Source: Planctomycetes bacterium UBA1146
GTDB taxonomy: Bacteria > Planctomycetota > UBA8108
Reading direction: 5' to 3'
Length of the DNA stretch: 64,000 bases
NCBI GenBank assembly: GCA_963579555.1
Contig: CAUZHA010000005.1
Location: 9,938 to 73,937, forward strand
Shown one piece after another: positions 1-9,941 of this stretch. How positions within the stretch are numbered: position 1 is the stretch's first letter; each line of letters begins with the position of its first letter. The notes under the pieces were generated by a model. It saw nothing but the letters and a program-made list of their open reading frames with translations. It made no database searches and was not told the DNA's origin. Made by a program: the position numbers and the translations under genes.

Positions 1-531
1 GTACTCAGGGGGACGACCGACGAGCATCACGACGCGGTCTTCGGTGTGCACACCACCCGGGGAATCATCAACGGGTCTCCCTGCTATCCCGTTCGATCTG
101 TCAGGACGGCGACCCATAAATATATCTGGAACCCGAAGTATACCGAACCCTTCAGGAACATTCTGATCGGGGGACGAGACAAGGGCGGGTACTGGAACTC
201 ATGGGTGGAACTGGCGAAGACGGATGATAAGGCGCGAAAGATCGTCGAAGGCTACCAGCGCAGGCCGGAGGTCGAGCTCTACGACCTGCGGACCGATCCA
301 TTTGAGCAGAAAAACCTGGCGGGGGACCCGCTGCTGGAGGATCTCGAGCGTTCACTCCGAGGCCGGCTGGACGCCTGGATGCTTCAGCAGGGAGACAAGG
401 GCATCGAGACGGAGCTGCGGGTCAAGGCGCACAAGAGCGTGAGTGGGCAGGAGCAGAAGCCTGAGAAAGAGCGGAAGAAGAAGGCCGGGGGCAGGAAGAA
501 GGCCTCCTCTACCGTTCTCAAGGCTTCGTAA
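1..531 (+). CDS. Sulfatase, C-terminal part (5' truncated by window edge)
   Basis: Frame 1 open from base 1; YPVRSVRT..KYIWN and RPEVELYDLRTDPFE..NLA are typical sulfatase C-terminal motifs. Confidence 0.85.
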   Translation, partial: VLRGTTDEHHDAVFGVHTTRGIINGSPCYPVRSVRTATHKYIWNPKYTEPFRNILIGGRDKGGYWNSWVELAKTDDKARKIVEGYQRRPEVELYDLRTDPFEQKNLAGDPLLEDLERSLRGRLDAWMLQQGDKGIETELRVKAHKSVSGQEQKPEKERKKKAGGRKKASSTVLKAS

Positions 532-1900
532 GGTAGGGGCCCTTGCGCGCTTCGCTGTAGAGACGCTCCCACTTTTTTGAGCCGTCATCTTTGACAAGCC
601 GGGTGTCAACCCCGGGTTCGTACCAGGGGAGCTCTCCCTTCTGCCCGGGGCGAAGCATGAAGTTCACCTGGCCATTGTTGGCGATGTACATTCGCCTGCC
701 ATCCGGCCAGGAGGTCTCGATGAGCCGGGGAGGATCAGGTCTGCGCGCCGGCTTCTCCACGCGGAATTTTTCGATGGCGTCCTCATCGAGCTCGTAGCCC
801 AGCCCGGGTCCTTCGGGGATCCCGGCGAAGCCGTCCTTTACCTCGATATCGCTTGAGAGCATCGAGTGAGTGTAGAGCTGGTGGCAATTGACGGCCGGCC
901 ATCTGGCTTGCCCCAGCACCGCCCCGAAGTGCAGCGAATAGGCGGCCGTGACGCCGGTTCCGACCAGCTGGAGCCAGAAGGGCAGGCCGGCCTCGGTGGC
1001 GAAGCCGCCCTGGTGCATGACTCTCGACGCACCGCCTCCGATGACGAATCCATCGCAGACTCCTTCGCGAACCGCCACCTCCGGAGCGGGATTCCCGTAG
1101 TGCATGGCGATGTGAACGCGGGTCGCTTCGCGGATCTTCCTGTTGCCCTCGATGTCGCCCTGTGGGATCGGCGTTTCGTAGATGTCTACCTGCGGGTATT
1201 TCTCCAGGTCCTTGATGATCTTCATGCCGTGCTCGGCGGTGAGCAGGGTGTCGTTGAAGTCCATGTCGATCTTGAAGGCATCGGGAACCACCCTGGCGGC
1301 GGTGTCGACCTGCTTCCAGATGTCAAACCAGGGCCGCCCCTTGGTTTTGTAGGAGAGGTAGCCCTTGTCGAGGGCTTCCTTGCATTCAGCGGCCATGTCT
1401 TCTGTCGACATATCGATGTTCCACCAGGAGAGGGGTGTCGTGTCGTGCACCTTTCTGCCAAGCAGGCGGTAGAGGGGCACCTCAAGGGTCTGCGAGACGG
1501 CATCGAAGAGGGCGGCCTGGAGGCCCGCGCCGAGGCCATCGTCCCACATATGGTTGGCCGCGTTTTTTCCCAGCACGCGCTTGATATGGTCGGCGTTGCT
1601 GACTCCCCAGGTGTAGTAGAGGAGGGTCTCTCCGATCCCCACCTTTCCTGACCTGAGGAAGACCCTGAAGATCTCGACATAGCGCCAGTGGGGAAGCTCA
1701 CGGCTCATCGCCCTGTTCGGTGCGGGGCGGTAGGGAATCTTAACGGTGACGGTCTCGACCTTTTCAACATCCAGGTTGCGTGCTGCGGTACCGGTTCCGA
1801 CACGTGTCAGCGGGCCGGTACAGGCGGTTCCAAGACCCAGCCCGGCTATGCCCGCAAGGCCCGCGCCGAGGAAATGGCGTCGCGTATTGATGGTGTTCAT
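518..1900 (-). CDS. Mandelate racemase/muconate lactonizing (enolase superfamily) enzyme with Tat signal, possibly a lipoprotein
   Basis: Start reassigned to ATG 1900 (MNTINTRRHFLG..LGTAC, twin-Arg); KxK (YKTK), metal ligands DFND and YETP, C-terminal PEGPGLG. Confidence 0.85.
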   Translation of the reverse strand: MNTINTRRHFLGAGLAGIAGLGLGTACTGPLTRVGTGTAARNLDVEKVETVTVKIPYRPAPNRAMSRELPHWRYVEIFRVFLRSGKVGIGETLLYYTWGVSNADHIKRVLGKNAANHMWDDGLGAGLQAALFDAVSQTLEVPLYRLLGRKVHDTTPLSWWNIDMSTEDMAAECKEALDKGYLSYKTKGRPWFDIWKQVDTAARVVPDAFKIDMDFNDTLLTAEHGMKIIKDLEKYPQVDIYETPIPQGDIEGNRKIREATRVHIAMHYGNPAPEVAVREGVCDGFVIGGGASRVMHQGGFATEAGLPFWLQLVGTGVTAAYSLHFGAVLGQARWPAVNCHQLYTHSMLSSDIEVKDGFAGIPEGPGLGYELDEDAIEKFRVEKPARRPDPPRLIETSWPDGRRMYIANNGQVNFMLRPGQKGELPWYEPGVDTRLVKDDGSKKWERLYSEARKGPYLTKP

Positions 1901-2045
1901 CCTGTGTCCTTCTCCGTACGGTTCCGGGTGATGTGAATATGGATTCAGATAATGACCCTCGGGTCTTGTGGAAGTCCCTGCAGGTTGTGACAATATAAGC
2001 AAGACGAGCCCCCTGCGGGCAGAGAAAAACGGAGTCCAAGTCGCC

Positions 2046-5000
2046 ATGCGGATCGCCATGCGGATCACTGTAACCGAGCTTCTCCTGCTATCCCTGGCAG
2101 CTGCATCTGCCCTTCCGCTCCGTGCAGCAGACAAGGAAGGGGTGGTGAACTTTGACCGGGACATCAGGCCTCTGTTTTCCGATTCCTGCTTCGCCTGTCA
2201 CGGGCCGGATCGAGATGCGCGCAAGGCCCGGCTGCGTCTTGACGACTCGAAGACGGCCCTGAAGAAGGTCATCGTTCCCTATCAACCGGAGAAGAGTCCT
2301 CTTATCGAGAGACTCGTCACAGCGGATGAAGATGATCGCATGCCGCCGGCGGACTCGAACCGGCCGAGGTTGAGCGCTGCGGAGGTGGAGCTTGTACGAA
2401 GGTGGATTCGGCAGGGAGCGAAATTTGATGAGCACTGGTCCTACCGGGCTCCGACTCGCTCCGGGCTGGAATCACTTCCCGGCTCCGGCCGGGACCATCC
2501 CATTGATCGCTTTGTTCTCGCGAGGTTGATGGAAAAGGGGATGGAACCCGCCGGGCGGGCTGGTCCCAGGGATCTGGTCAGGAGGCTGTATTTCGACCTG
2601 CTGGGGTTGCCCCCGCCTCCAGCCGAGGTTCAGCGGTTCAGCTCCGATCCCAGCGACGAGGCCTTTGCCGCCCTGGTCGACAGGCTCCTTGAGTCTCCAC
2701 GCTATGGTGAGAGGATGGCGGTGCACTGGCTGGACCTGGTCCGGTACGCCGACACCTGTGGGATCCACAGTGACAATCCGATCAGCATGTCGCCGTTTCG
2801 CGATTACGTTATCTCCTCGTTCAATTCCAACAAGCCCTTTGACCGTTTTACCCTGGAGCAGCTTGCGGGGGACCTTCTTCCTGGAGCCGATGAGGATCTC
2901 TCTCTGCGGGTCGCCTCCGGGTACAACCGGCTCAATATGATGACCACAGAGGGCGGAGCTCAGGACAAGGAATACCTGGCGAAGTACGCGGCTGACCGCG
3001 TAAGGACAACCTCTGCCGTCTGGCTTGGAGCCACCCTGGGCTGCGCCGAGTGCCACGATCATAAATTTGACCCCTACACCACACGGGACTTTTACAGCTT
3101 TGCGGCCTATTTTTCCGACCTGAAGGAAAAAGGGTATTATCCCGGAGCTGAGAGTAGCGGGGATTGGGGGCCGCGGGTGACGGTGCCAGTTCCGGGTATG
3201 GCCGCCAGGCTGGAGGCCATTGCCGCCAGGAGTGCGGAGCTGCAGGGTGTCCTGGAGAAGGGGACTCCCCGTAGCCGCGCCGCCAGGCCGGAATGGGAGC
3301 GCTCGGTCCGCGAGACCGCGGACCGTTGGGCGCCGCTGGAGGTGGGCGGAGTCAGCGCGATGAAAGGTACCGAGCTGGAGGTCCGCGAGGATGGAAGCTT
3401 TTTAGCCAAGGGTGCCAACCCGGGTACGGACACCTACGTTGTCACCATCGATTCCGGTTTCGATCAGCTCACCGGGGTGAGGCTCGAGGTTCTTCCCCAT
3501 CCGTCTCTTCCTGGCAACGGGCCCGGGCGGGCCGGAAATGGAAATTTCGTTCTCAGCGAAATCACCGCCCGTCTCGAGACTGCGGGGGCGGAGCCCGAGC
3601 TGCTGCGGTTCTCAGGGGCGCGAGCCAGCTGGGAGCAGACCTCGCATGGACAGCTCACGCCCTACGGAAAATGGAACGCGCTCTCAGCCATCGATCTCGA
3701 TGCCAAGGGCGCCGACCCGGGCTGGGCGATCCTGCCCCAGGCTGGTAAATCCAACAGCGCCTTCTTCAAGCTGAAGAAACCCCTTGGAAAGGCCGTTCCG
3801 GGCCAGAGGCTGGTGATCGAGCTTCAGCAGAGACATAAGAACAAGGGGCATACCCTGGGGCACTTTCGGCTCTTGGGGACGACCGGAAAGGATCCTCTTG
3901 GCGATCCGGGCTCCGTACCCGGTGAGATACTCGAGCTGGTTCGAGTCGAGCCGGACAGCAGGTCGGCGGAGCAGTCCGCCAGGCTCGATGCCTATTACTC
4001 GTCGATCGCAGCGGAGCTTGCCGAGCCGCGCAAGGAGCTCAAGGCCCTGGGGGAAGAGAAGAAATCCATCGAGGGCGGGGCTCCGACCTCCCTGGTCTCG
4101 GTTTCAGTCAAACCCCGTGAAATGAGGGTCTTGCCCAGGGGGAACTGGCTGGATGATTCCGGCGAGGTGGTTCACCCGGGGACCCCCGGGTTTCTTGGCG
4201 ATTCGGCCAGTGAAAAGACAGGGCGTACCCGTGAGGACCTCGCTCGTTGGCTGATTCGAAAAGACAACCCACTGGTCTCGAGGGTGTTCGTCAACCGGGC
4301 CTGGCGGCAGCTCATGGGAGGGGGAATCGTCAAGACTCTCGATGACTTCGGCTCCCAGGGAGGCGTTCCAAGCCATCCGGAACTGCTGGACTGGCTGGCG
4401 CTCGAATTTGTTGAGAAAGGTTGGGACGTAAAGAAGCTCCTGCGGACGATCCTTGTCAGCGAGACCTACAAGCGCTCCTCGATGGTTCGAGCCGACTACC
4501 AGGAGGCCGATCCCGGGAATCGCCTGCTCTGGAGGCAGGGACGTCGGCGGCTGGAGGCTGAGTTCGTTCGTGATAACGCCTTGTCGGTGGCCGGGCTGCT
4601 TACGTTGCGAACAGGAGGAGTCAGCGTCCGGCCCTATCAGCCCGAAGGATACTGGGCACACCTCAACTTCCCCAAGCGCCGCTACAAGCCTGACAAGGGT
4701 GAGAACCTCTATCGCAGAGGAGTCTACATGCATTGGCAGCGCACCTTTCTGCATCCGAGCCTGCTGGCCTTCGATGCTCCGACTCGCGAGGAGTGTACTG
4801 CTGAACGGGTGGTGTCGAATACGCCCCAGCAGGCTCTTGTCCTTCTCAATGACCCGATCTTCGTTGAGGCTGCTCGGGTCTTCAGCGAGCGGATCCAGCG
4901 GCAGGGCGGAAAAGACTTCAACTCCAGGCTGCGTTTCGCCTTCAGGCTGGCTCTTCAAAGGGAGCCAGCGGCGGCCGAGACGAAGATCTTCGCGAGTCTC

Positions 5001-5168
5001 TTCGATCGTCATCTCGGACTCTACAGGGCTGACCCGGGTGCGGCGCGCGCCCTGGTAGCGACTGGGGACTGGCCCGTTGCGGATAAGCTGCCGGCGGCGG
5101 AGCACGCGGCCTGGACCTCAGTGACCAGGGTGATCCTGAACCTTCACGAGGCCCTGGTGCGCTATTGA
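2046..5168 (+). CDS. Planctomycete cytochrome c (PSCyt1) + DUF1549 + DUF1553 protein
   Basis: FDRDIRPLFSDSCFACHGPD, HWLDLVRYADT, CAECHDHKFDP, PSHPELLDWLA, SNTPQQALVLLNDP; signal peptide; start 2046 or 2058. Confidence 0.92.
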   Translation: MRIAMRITVTELLLLSLAAASALPLRAADKEGVVNFDRDIRPLFSDSCFACHGPDRDARKARLRLDDSKTALKKVIVPYQPEKSPLIERLVTADEDDRMPPADSNRPRLSAAEVELVRRWIRQGAKFDEHWSYRAPTRSGLESLPGSGRDHPIDRFVLARLMEKGMEPAGRAGPRDLVRRLYFDLLGLPPPPAEVQRFSSDPSDEAFAALVDRLLESPRYGERMAVHWLDLVRYADTCGIHSDNPISMSPFRDYVISSFNSNKPFDRFTLEQLAGDLLPGADEDLSLRVASGYNRLNMMTTEGGAQDKEYLAKYAADRVRTTSAVWLGATLGCAECHDHKFDPYTTRDFYSFAAYFSDLKEKGYYPGAESSGDWGPRVTVPVPGMAARLEAIAARSAELQGVLEKGTPRSRAARPEWERSVRETADRWAPLEVGGVSAMKGTELEVREDGSFLAKGANPGTDTYVVTIDSGFDQLTGVRLEVLPHPSLPGNGPGRAGNGNFVLSEITARLETAGAEPELLRFSGARASWEQTSHGQLTPYGKWNALSAIDLDAKGADPGWAILPQAGKSNSAFFKLKKPLGKAVPGQRLVIELQQRHKNKGHTLGHFRLLGTTGKDPLGDPGSVPGEILELVRVEPDSRSAEQSARLDAYYSSIAAELAEPRKELKALGEEKKSIEGGAPTSLVSVSVKPREMRVLPRGNWLDDSGEVVHPGTPGFLGDSASEKTGRTREDLARWLIRKDNPLVSRVFVNRAWRQLMGGGIVKTLDDFGSQGGVPSHPELLDWLALEFVEKGWDVKKLLRTILVSETYKRSSMVRADYQEADPGNRLLWRQGRRRLEAEFVRDNALSVAGLLTLRTGGVSVRPYQPEGYWAHLNFPKRRYKPDKGENLYRRGVYMHWQRTFLHPSLLAFDAPTREECTAERVVSNTPQQALVLLNDPIFVEAARVFSERIQRQGGKDFNSRLRFAFRLALQREPAAAETKIFASLFDRHLGLYRADPGAARALVATGDWPVADKLPAAEHAAWTSVTRVILNLHEALVRY

Positions 5169-5245
5169 CGAAGAGCCACTCCCCCCGGAGGCTGCCTGTG
5201 CTGCGTGGACGGCAGGCTGAAGGTGAAAGGCGGCCTGCGGGGAGG

Positions 5246-6553
5246 TTACAGGCGCTTGCGGCGAGGGCTGGATTCTTCGACCTTCTGTCGTTCAGCTCGA
5301 GCCTTTTCCAGGTTTTCGATTTCTTTTCGAAGGGTCTCAATCTTCCGGGTGCTTTCCTGGACCGTCTTTTCGTTGGAATGGAGCTTTCCTGAGAGGTCGG
5401 CCAGCTTCCTGTTGATCTCGGAAAGACTGAGCCTGCTGAGATAGTCTGGCGACGGACCGAGGTTGCCGGCGCGAAGCTGAAGAAAGATCTCGAAGGTCTC
5501 GGCGGCCGGCATGGCGTAGCAGTCGACCCGCCCGCCGCGGGCGATATTGATGCCGACGACCTTGCCGTCCAGGCTGACCAGCGGTCCGCCGCATTCGTTC
5601 GGGAACAGGTAGGTGTCATGCTGGAAGACAGCGGGGAAGTTGGATCTTCTTGTGCTCAGGGGGCCGGCGAGCAGGTTCATCCTGTCGAGCCGATTTTTCC
5701 GGTCGGGCTCGATGTCGCTCCCCATGGTGGCCCCGATATCGAGGTCCTTGCCTTCCCGCTTGATCTTCAATCGAACCTTGTCGCCCGGTATTTTTTTCCC
5801 GAGGAGCTCAGCCACCTTGCGGCCGCTGTCGACAGCCTGGCCATCAATCTCGAGGATTTCATCGCCGACCTTTAACCCGGCCCTCTCGGCTCCCGTGCCG
5901 GGGAAGACCTGCCCTAGTTTGGCGCTCTCCTCACGCTGGGAGAAGGAGATGCCGAGGATCCCTCTCTGCTTGAGCTGGCGCGGAAGAACGCTCACCACGC
6001 CCAGGGCTATTACACCGCCAGTGGGGCTGACGGTCGCCAGGAAGCTGCCTACAGGGGGTGTCTCCTCCATGGACAGCAGGACAGGTTTGAGCTCTCTGAT
6101 GAGGCCGCCTTCAAGCTGGAGCAGGGCCAGGTCATGTTGTTCGCTGACTCCCGCGACCCGGGCCGGAAGCGAGCTGCCATCGGCGAGGCGGCACTCGATC
6201 TTTCCCTTGAGCTCACTGGCCTTGGTCAACACCTCGCCCCTCTTGCTGACGACCGTTCCCAGGGCTACCCTCTGCCCGTCGCAGAAGACCCGGACGGTGC
6301 AGTTTCCCATGCTGGAGACGAAGTCTTTGAGGGGGCCGCGTATGTTGGCATGGTCTCGCTCGTAGGGCCGGGCTTCGCGTTTACGCTCCTTTTCCTGCAA
6401 CAGCTGGAATTGTCGGCGAATCTCTTCCGGCGAGGGGTTGCTGCCACGGCGATTCTGTCCAATCGCGTCGGCCGATGGAGCGAGGAACGCGAGCAAAAGA
6501 ATCATCCAGGCGAGCCCGCGTCTTTTCCTGCAGGATTTTTCAGAGAAACTCAT
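5246..6553 (-). CDS. Trypsin-like (S1C/HtrA-type) fold protein with inserted PDZ, degenerate catalytic residues and C-terminal coiled coil
   Basis: Signal peptide; VLTKASEL replaces LTAGHV; NECGGPL replaces GDSGGPL; PDZ (GILGI..AERAGLKVGDEI) sits between the two protease halves. Confidence 0.8.
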   Translation of the reverse strand: MSFSEKSCRKRRGLAWMILLLAFLAPSADAIGQNRRGSNPSPEEIRRQFQLLQEKERKREARPYERDHANIRGPLKDFVSSMGNCTVRVFCDGQRVALGTVVSKRGEVLTKASELKGKIECRLADGSSLPARVAGVSEQHDLALLQLEGGLIRELKPVLLSMEETPPVGSFLATVSPTGGVIALGVVSVLPRQLKQRGILGISFSQREESAKLGQVFPGTGAERAGLKVGDEILEIDGQAVDSGRKVAELLGKKIPGDKVRLKIKREGKDLDIGATMGSDIEPDRKNRLDRMNLLAGPLSTRRSNFPAVFQHDTYLFPNECGGPLVSLDGKVVGINIARGGRVDCYAMPAAETFEIFLQLRAGNLGPSPDYLSRLSLSEINRKLADLSGKLHSNEKTVQESTRKIETLRKEIENLEKARAERQKVEESSPRRKRL

Positions 6554-7578
6554 TAATTGTTCCCCTCGTATTTCTCTAATTTCAGCTTCAGCTTCAGCGT
6601 CTGGTCTTCGCGCAGGACGGCGACCTCTACCTCGTCCCCTGGTTTCTTCTGTTTCACCAGGCGGGAGAGGTCCTGGAAGCTGTTGATGTCCTTTCCATCG
6701 AAGCGAGTGATGATGTCACCGGCCTTGATGCCGGCCTTCGCCGCCGGAGAGTTTTCGCTTACCTTGCCGATCTTCGCATTGTCGGCGTTCGGGTCAGAGG
6801 TGACACCGAGCCAGGGGTCTCCGCGGGCTGGGCCGCTTGACTGCTGGTTTCTACCCCAGGTTTCGCCCTTGACCATTCGGTCCCATCCCTTGGTGAAGGC
6901 ATCGATGGGGGCATGGAGATTTGAGCGGGCCGAGGTCCCGATCCTGCTGTTGATCCCGATGATCTTTCCCCGGGTGTCGAAGAGGGGGCCGCCTGAGTCA
7001 CCGCCAACGAGCATGCAGTCGGTGCGAATTCCATTGGCGCGGTTGTCGAGGATTCTGCCGACCCTGACCGGCGCGCTTCTTTCCGGCCTGTAGCCGCCGG
7101 GATGCCCGATGCAGACGCACCACTGGCCGCGGCCGAGATCTTTTGATTTGCCCATCTCCGCGTAGGGCCACTCACCTTTGTCCTCGATCTTGATGAGCCC
7201 TGCATCCAGCTCGAAGTCTCCGCCGAGGGTTTTCCCCTTGAGCTGCTTGCCGTTGTGGAGAATGACGGTGACTGTCCGGCCCGCCTGGCCGGAGACGTGG
7301 CCGGCGGTGAGGACATAGCCGTCTTCAGAGATGATCACTCCGCTTCCCTGGGCTCCGCCAACTCGCAGGCCGACGGTGCAGCGAACGAGCTTCCTCGCCA
7401 GGGACCGAAAGCGCTCCTGCATGGCCTTGAGATCCTGGATCGTTTCGGGCGGCTCTCCGGAGAGCAGCTTCTCGAGCCGGGTAGACTCTTCAGCCTTCGC
7501 CTCCTGCGCGGCGAGTACTCCAGTGCCGATGCTCAAGCTCAGCATGCAGGCAACCAGCAGGGCGAGAGGTGTCCTCAT
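6553..7578 (-). CDS. HtrA/DegP-like serine protease with PDZ
   Basis: GSGVIIS, LTAGHV, DAGL, GGDSGGPL; C-terminal PDZ; signal peptide; stop overlaps the next start (TAATG). Confidence 0.9.
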   Translation of the reverse strand: MRTPLALLVACMLSLSIGTGVLAAQEAKAEESTRLEKLLSGEPPETIQDLKAMQERFRSLARKLVRCTVGLRVGGAQGSGVIISEDGYVLTAGHVSGQAGRTVTVILHNGKQLKGKTLGGDFELDAGLIKIEDKGEWPYAEMGKSKDLGRGQWCVCIGHPGGYRPERSAPVRVGRILDNRANGIRTDCMLVGGDSGGPLFDTRGKIIGINSRIGTSARSNLHAPIDAFTKGWDRMVKGETWGRNQQSSGPARGDPWLGVTSDPNADNAKIGKVSENSPAAKAGIKAGDIITRFDGKDINSFQDLSRLVKQKKPGDEVEVAVLREDQTLKLKLKLEKYEGNN

Positions 7579-7736
7579 TCTTCTTCTCCATCCAGACCAA
7601 TGTGCTAACAGGGGATGCCGATCGAGCTTTCTTCGCGACGACGTGTTCCACCCCTTACATCTTACTGCACCCGGGACCGCACCTTAAGCGTTCTTCGCCG
7701 CTTCCGGTGAATAATGACCAACGTCTCTTCCCGTTC

Positions 7737-8780
7737 TCAGTCCTGCGGCCTGACGACCACCTTCAATCCCTGGCGTGATTCGTGGAAGGCGAAGGCGTCG
7801 TTGATCTCATCGAGCGGAAAGGATTTTGTGATGTATTTTCGCGCATCGATCTTCCCACCGGCCAGCAAGGTGACAGCCTTCTCGACATCAGGGAGGTTGC
7901 AGCCATGGGTGCCCATGACGAAGGCTTCCCGGTAGTGGATGAGGTTCGAGTCGATGGTGAGCGGCGGCTCGTTCTTCAGGCCGGCGAAGAGGTTGACGTA
8001 GCCCCGCTTGCGGACGATCTGGATGGCATCGGCCTGGGCCTGGACCGTTCCGGCGGTGGTGATGACGAAGTCGACGCCCTCCCCGTCAGTTTCGGCCATG
8101 ATGGTGTCGACCAGGTTCTCCTCCTCGGTGCAGATGAAACGCGCGTCGGGCAGGAAGTCCTTTGCCATCTCCAGGCGTCCCCTCGATCTCTGCGCTGCGA
8201 AGACCTTGCCGGCGCCGTAGTATTTAGACAATTCCAGCACCATACAGCCGATCGGTCCCAGGCCGATGACGCACATGCTCTTGCCGAGGCCCATCTGCCC
8301 CAGCTCGAGGCCGTGGATCGCGCAGGCGAGGGGCTCGGCAATGCAGGCCTGGTCGTATTCCAGGTTTTCCGGGATCTTGACAACCGCGCCGAGCTTGACC
8401 GTGAGGTCGTTGAGGACCATCTTCTGCTGGAAGGCTCCGTCGAACTGGTAGCCGATGGCGTAGTTCTTTTCGCTCAGGTTGCCTTGTCCGACGAGCGACC
8501 ACTGGCAATTCTCGGAGGGGACGTCGGCGCCCATGACGAGCCGGTCACCTTCCTTGAAACGGGAGACGTTCCTGCCGACCTCTATCACCTCGCCGGCGAC
8601 CTCGTGGCCGATGACGGTTGGGGTCTCCACCCGGTCGTTGCCGTAGTGGAAGATGCGTACATCCGAGCCGCAGACGGAGACCGCCTGGGGTGCGAGGATG
8701 ACCTCGTCATCTCCACAGACGGGGTCAGGCTTCTCGACGATCTTCAGCTGCTCGAGCTCTTCAAGGACTGCTGCTTTCAA
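7737..8780 (-). CDS. Zn-dependent alcohol/polyol dehydrogenase (MDR family)
   Basis: CGSD, GHEVAG, EPLAC, GLGPIG; TTG start with GGAG RBS. Confidence 0.9.
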   Translation of the reverse strand: MKAAVLEELEQLKIVEKPDPVCGDDEVILAPQAVSVCGSDVRIFHYGNDRVETPTVIGHEVAGEVIEVGRNVSRFKEGDRLVMGADVPSENCQWSLVGQGNLSEKNYAIGYQFDGAFQQKMVLNDLTVKLGAVVKIPENLEYDQACIAEPLACAIHGLELGQMGLGKSMCVIGLGPIGCMVLELSKYYGAGKVFAAQRSRGRLEMAKDFLPDARFICTEEENLVDTIMAETDGEGVDFVITTAGTVQAQADAIQIVRKRGYVNLFAGLKNEPPLTIDSNLIHYREAFVMGTHGCNLPDVEKAVTLLAGGKIDARKYITKSFPLDEINDAFAFHESRQGLKVVVRPQD

Positions 8781-9046
8781 TGGGGATCTCCGGCTGTGTT
8801 TGTTTTCTTCCGTCTGAAAGCAGAAGCATACATGGCGGGGGCGTCCCGCTCAAGGACCGCTTAGGGGCCTTCGCAAGGGGGCCCAGCGCTGCTTGCATCC
8901 TCTGCCGGACAGGTTTCTTCGCCTCACAGGGTTTTCTCTCATCTCCCGCGCCCCGGTTCCTGTTAATATTGCTCCTCCGGCGGCCCGTGGAGGGACCAGC
9001 CGTTTAACCGGAACACCTGCAAGAGCTCTGGCGAGAGGAAGAAACC

Positions 9047-9814
9047 ATGGCAACCAGGAACTACATTACCCGCAAGGAATACGATGCCTGGATTTCGGAA
9101 TGCACCGCGCTGGCGATTGCCTGCGGCTATCCGGTCCAGGATGACATGGTCAACGACAACACCGGGCTGGTCTTCGGCGAGGATCAGTACGAGGCCTTCG
9201 TCAACGGTCTCTGGTCCGGCGAGCCCTACGAGGCCTTCGCGATCTTCCAGGCGCTCAACGAGCCGGCGGTCCAGGGTCTTCCCGAGGGCGGGATGGAATG
9301 GGCCCAGTTCGGCGGTCTCTGCGACAAGCTCATGATTGTCCATCCGGGCAAGTTCTGCAGCCCACACCTGCACTGGCGAAAGACCGAGTTCTATGAGGTC
9401 GTCCTCGGCGAGATGGATCTCTTCTACGCTTCCGACATCATCGACGATGAGCGCCTGAACGTGAAGAAAGAGGGCCTGGTCGACGGGCATCCGATGCCGA
9501 AGGGCGAGGCGCGGCCGGATCGAGTGGCGCTTCCCGCCGGGCGAGAACATACCTACGAACAGCTGACCGAGTACAGACGCCTCCGTCCCGGCGATGCGAA
9601 TTTCGTCATGCACCGAAAGCATCTCCACGCCTTCGGCTGTCCCGCCGACGCGAAGACCCCGGTTGTGATCCGCGAGGGCTCCGCCTACAGCCACGAGCCG
9701 ACCGCTGCCGGCAAGGACACCCTGCTGTCGGACTGGAGGGAGATCCACGACAACGGCTTCCTGCTCGAGGGTCTCGACGAGGGCCGCCTGAAGAATAACA
9801 TCGTCGAGGAGTGA
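9047..9814 (+). CDS. D-lyxose/D-mannose isomerase-like cupin
   Basis: CDKLMIV..SPHLHWRKTE..GEM and LRPG...HAF..VIREGS cupin motifs; GAGG RBS. Confidence 0.65.
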   Translation: MATRNYITRKEYDAWISECTALAIACGYPVQDDMVNDNTGLVFGEDQYEAFVNGLWSGEPYEAFAIFQALNEPAVQGLPEGGMEWAQFGGLCDKLMIVHPGKFCSPHLHWRKTEFYEVVLGEMDLFYASDIIDDERLNVKKEGLVDGHPMPKGEARPDRVALPAGREHTYEQLTEYRRLRPGDANFVMHRKHLHAFGCPADAKTPVVIREGSAYSHEPTAAGKDTLLSDWREIHDNGFLLEGLDEGRLKNNIVEE

Positions 9815-9941
9815 GATGCGCGTCCGCGAGGCCGCATTTGTTTCGTAAGTTATTTATTGCCTGTGGTCTATCTCGCCCTCGTGTTATCGTGAATCGGCTG
9901 GATTTTTTCGAGGCCTGAGAGGTCTGCTCTGATGGCGAATA

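Noticed and set aside
1901-2164. Long N-terminal extensions in the ORF track (also 17404, 23416, 33489, 45145, 49991, 61745, 62317)
   Set aside because: Downstream starts give proper signal peptides or RBSs, and most also remove overlaps with neighbouring genes
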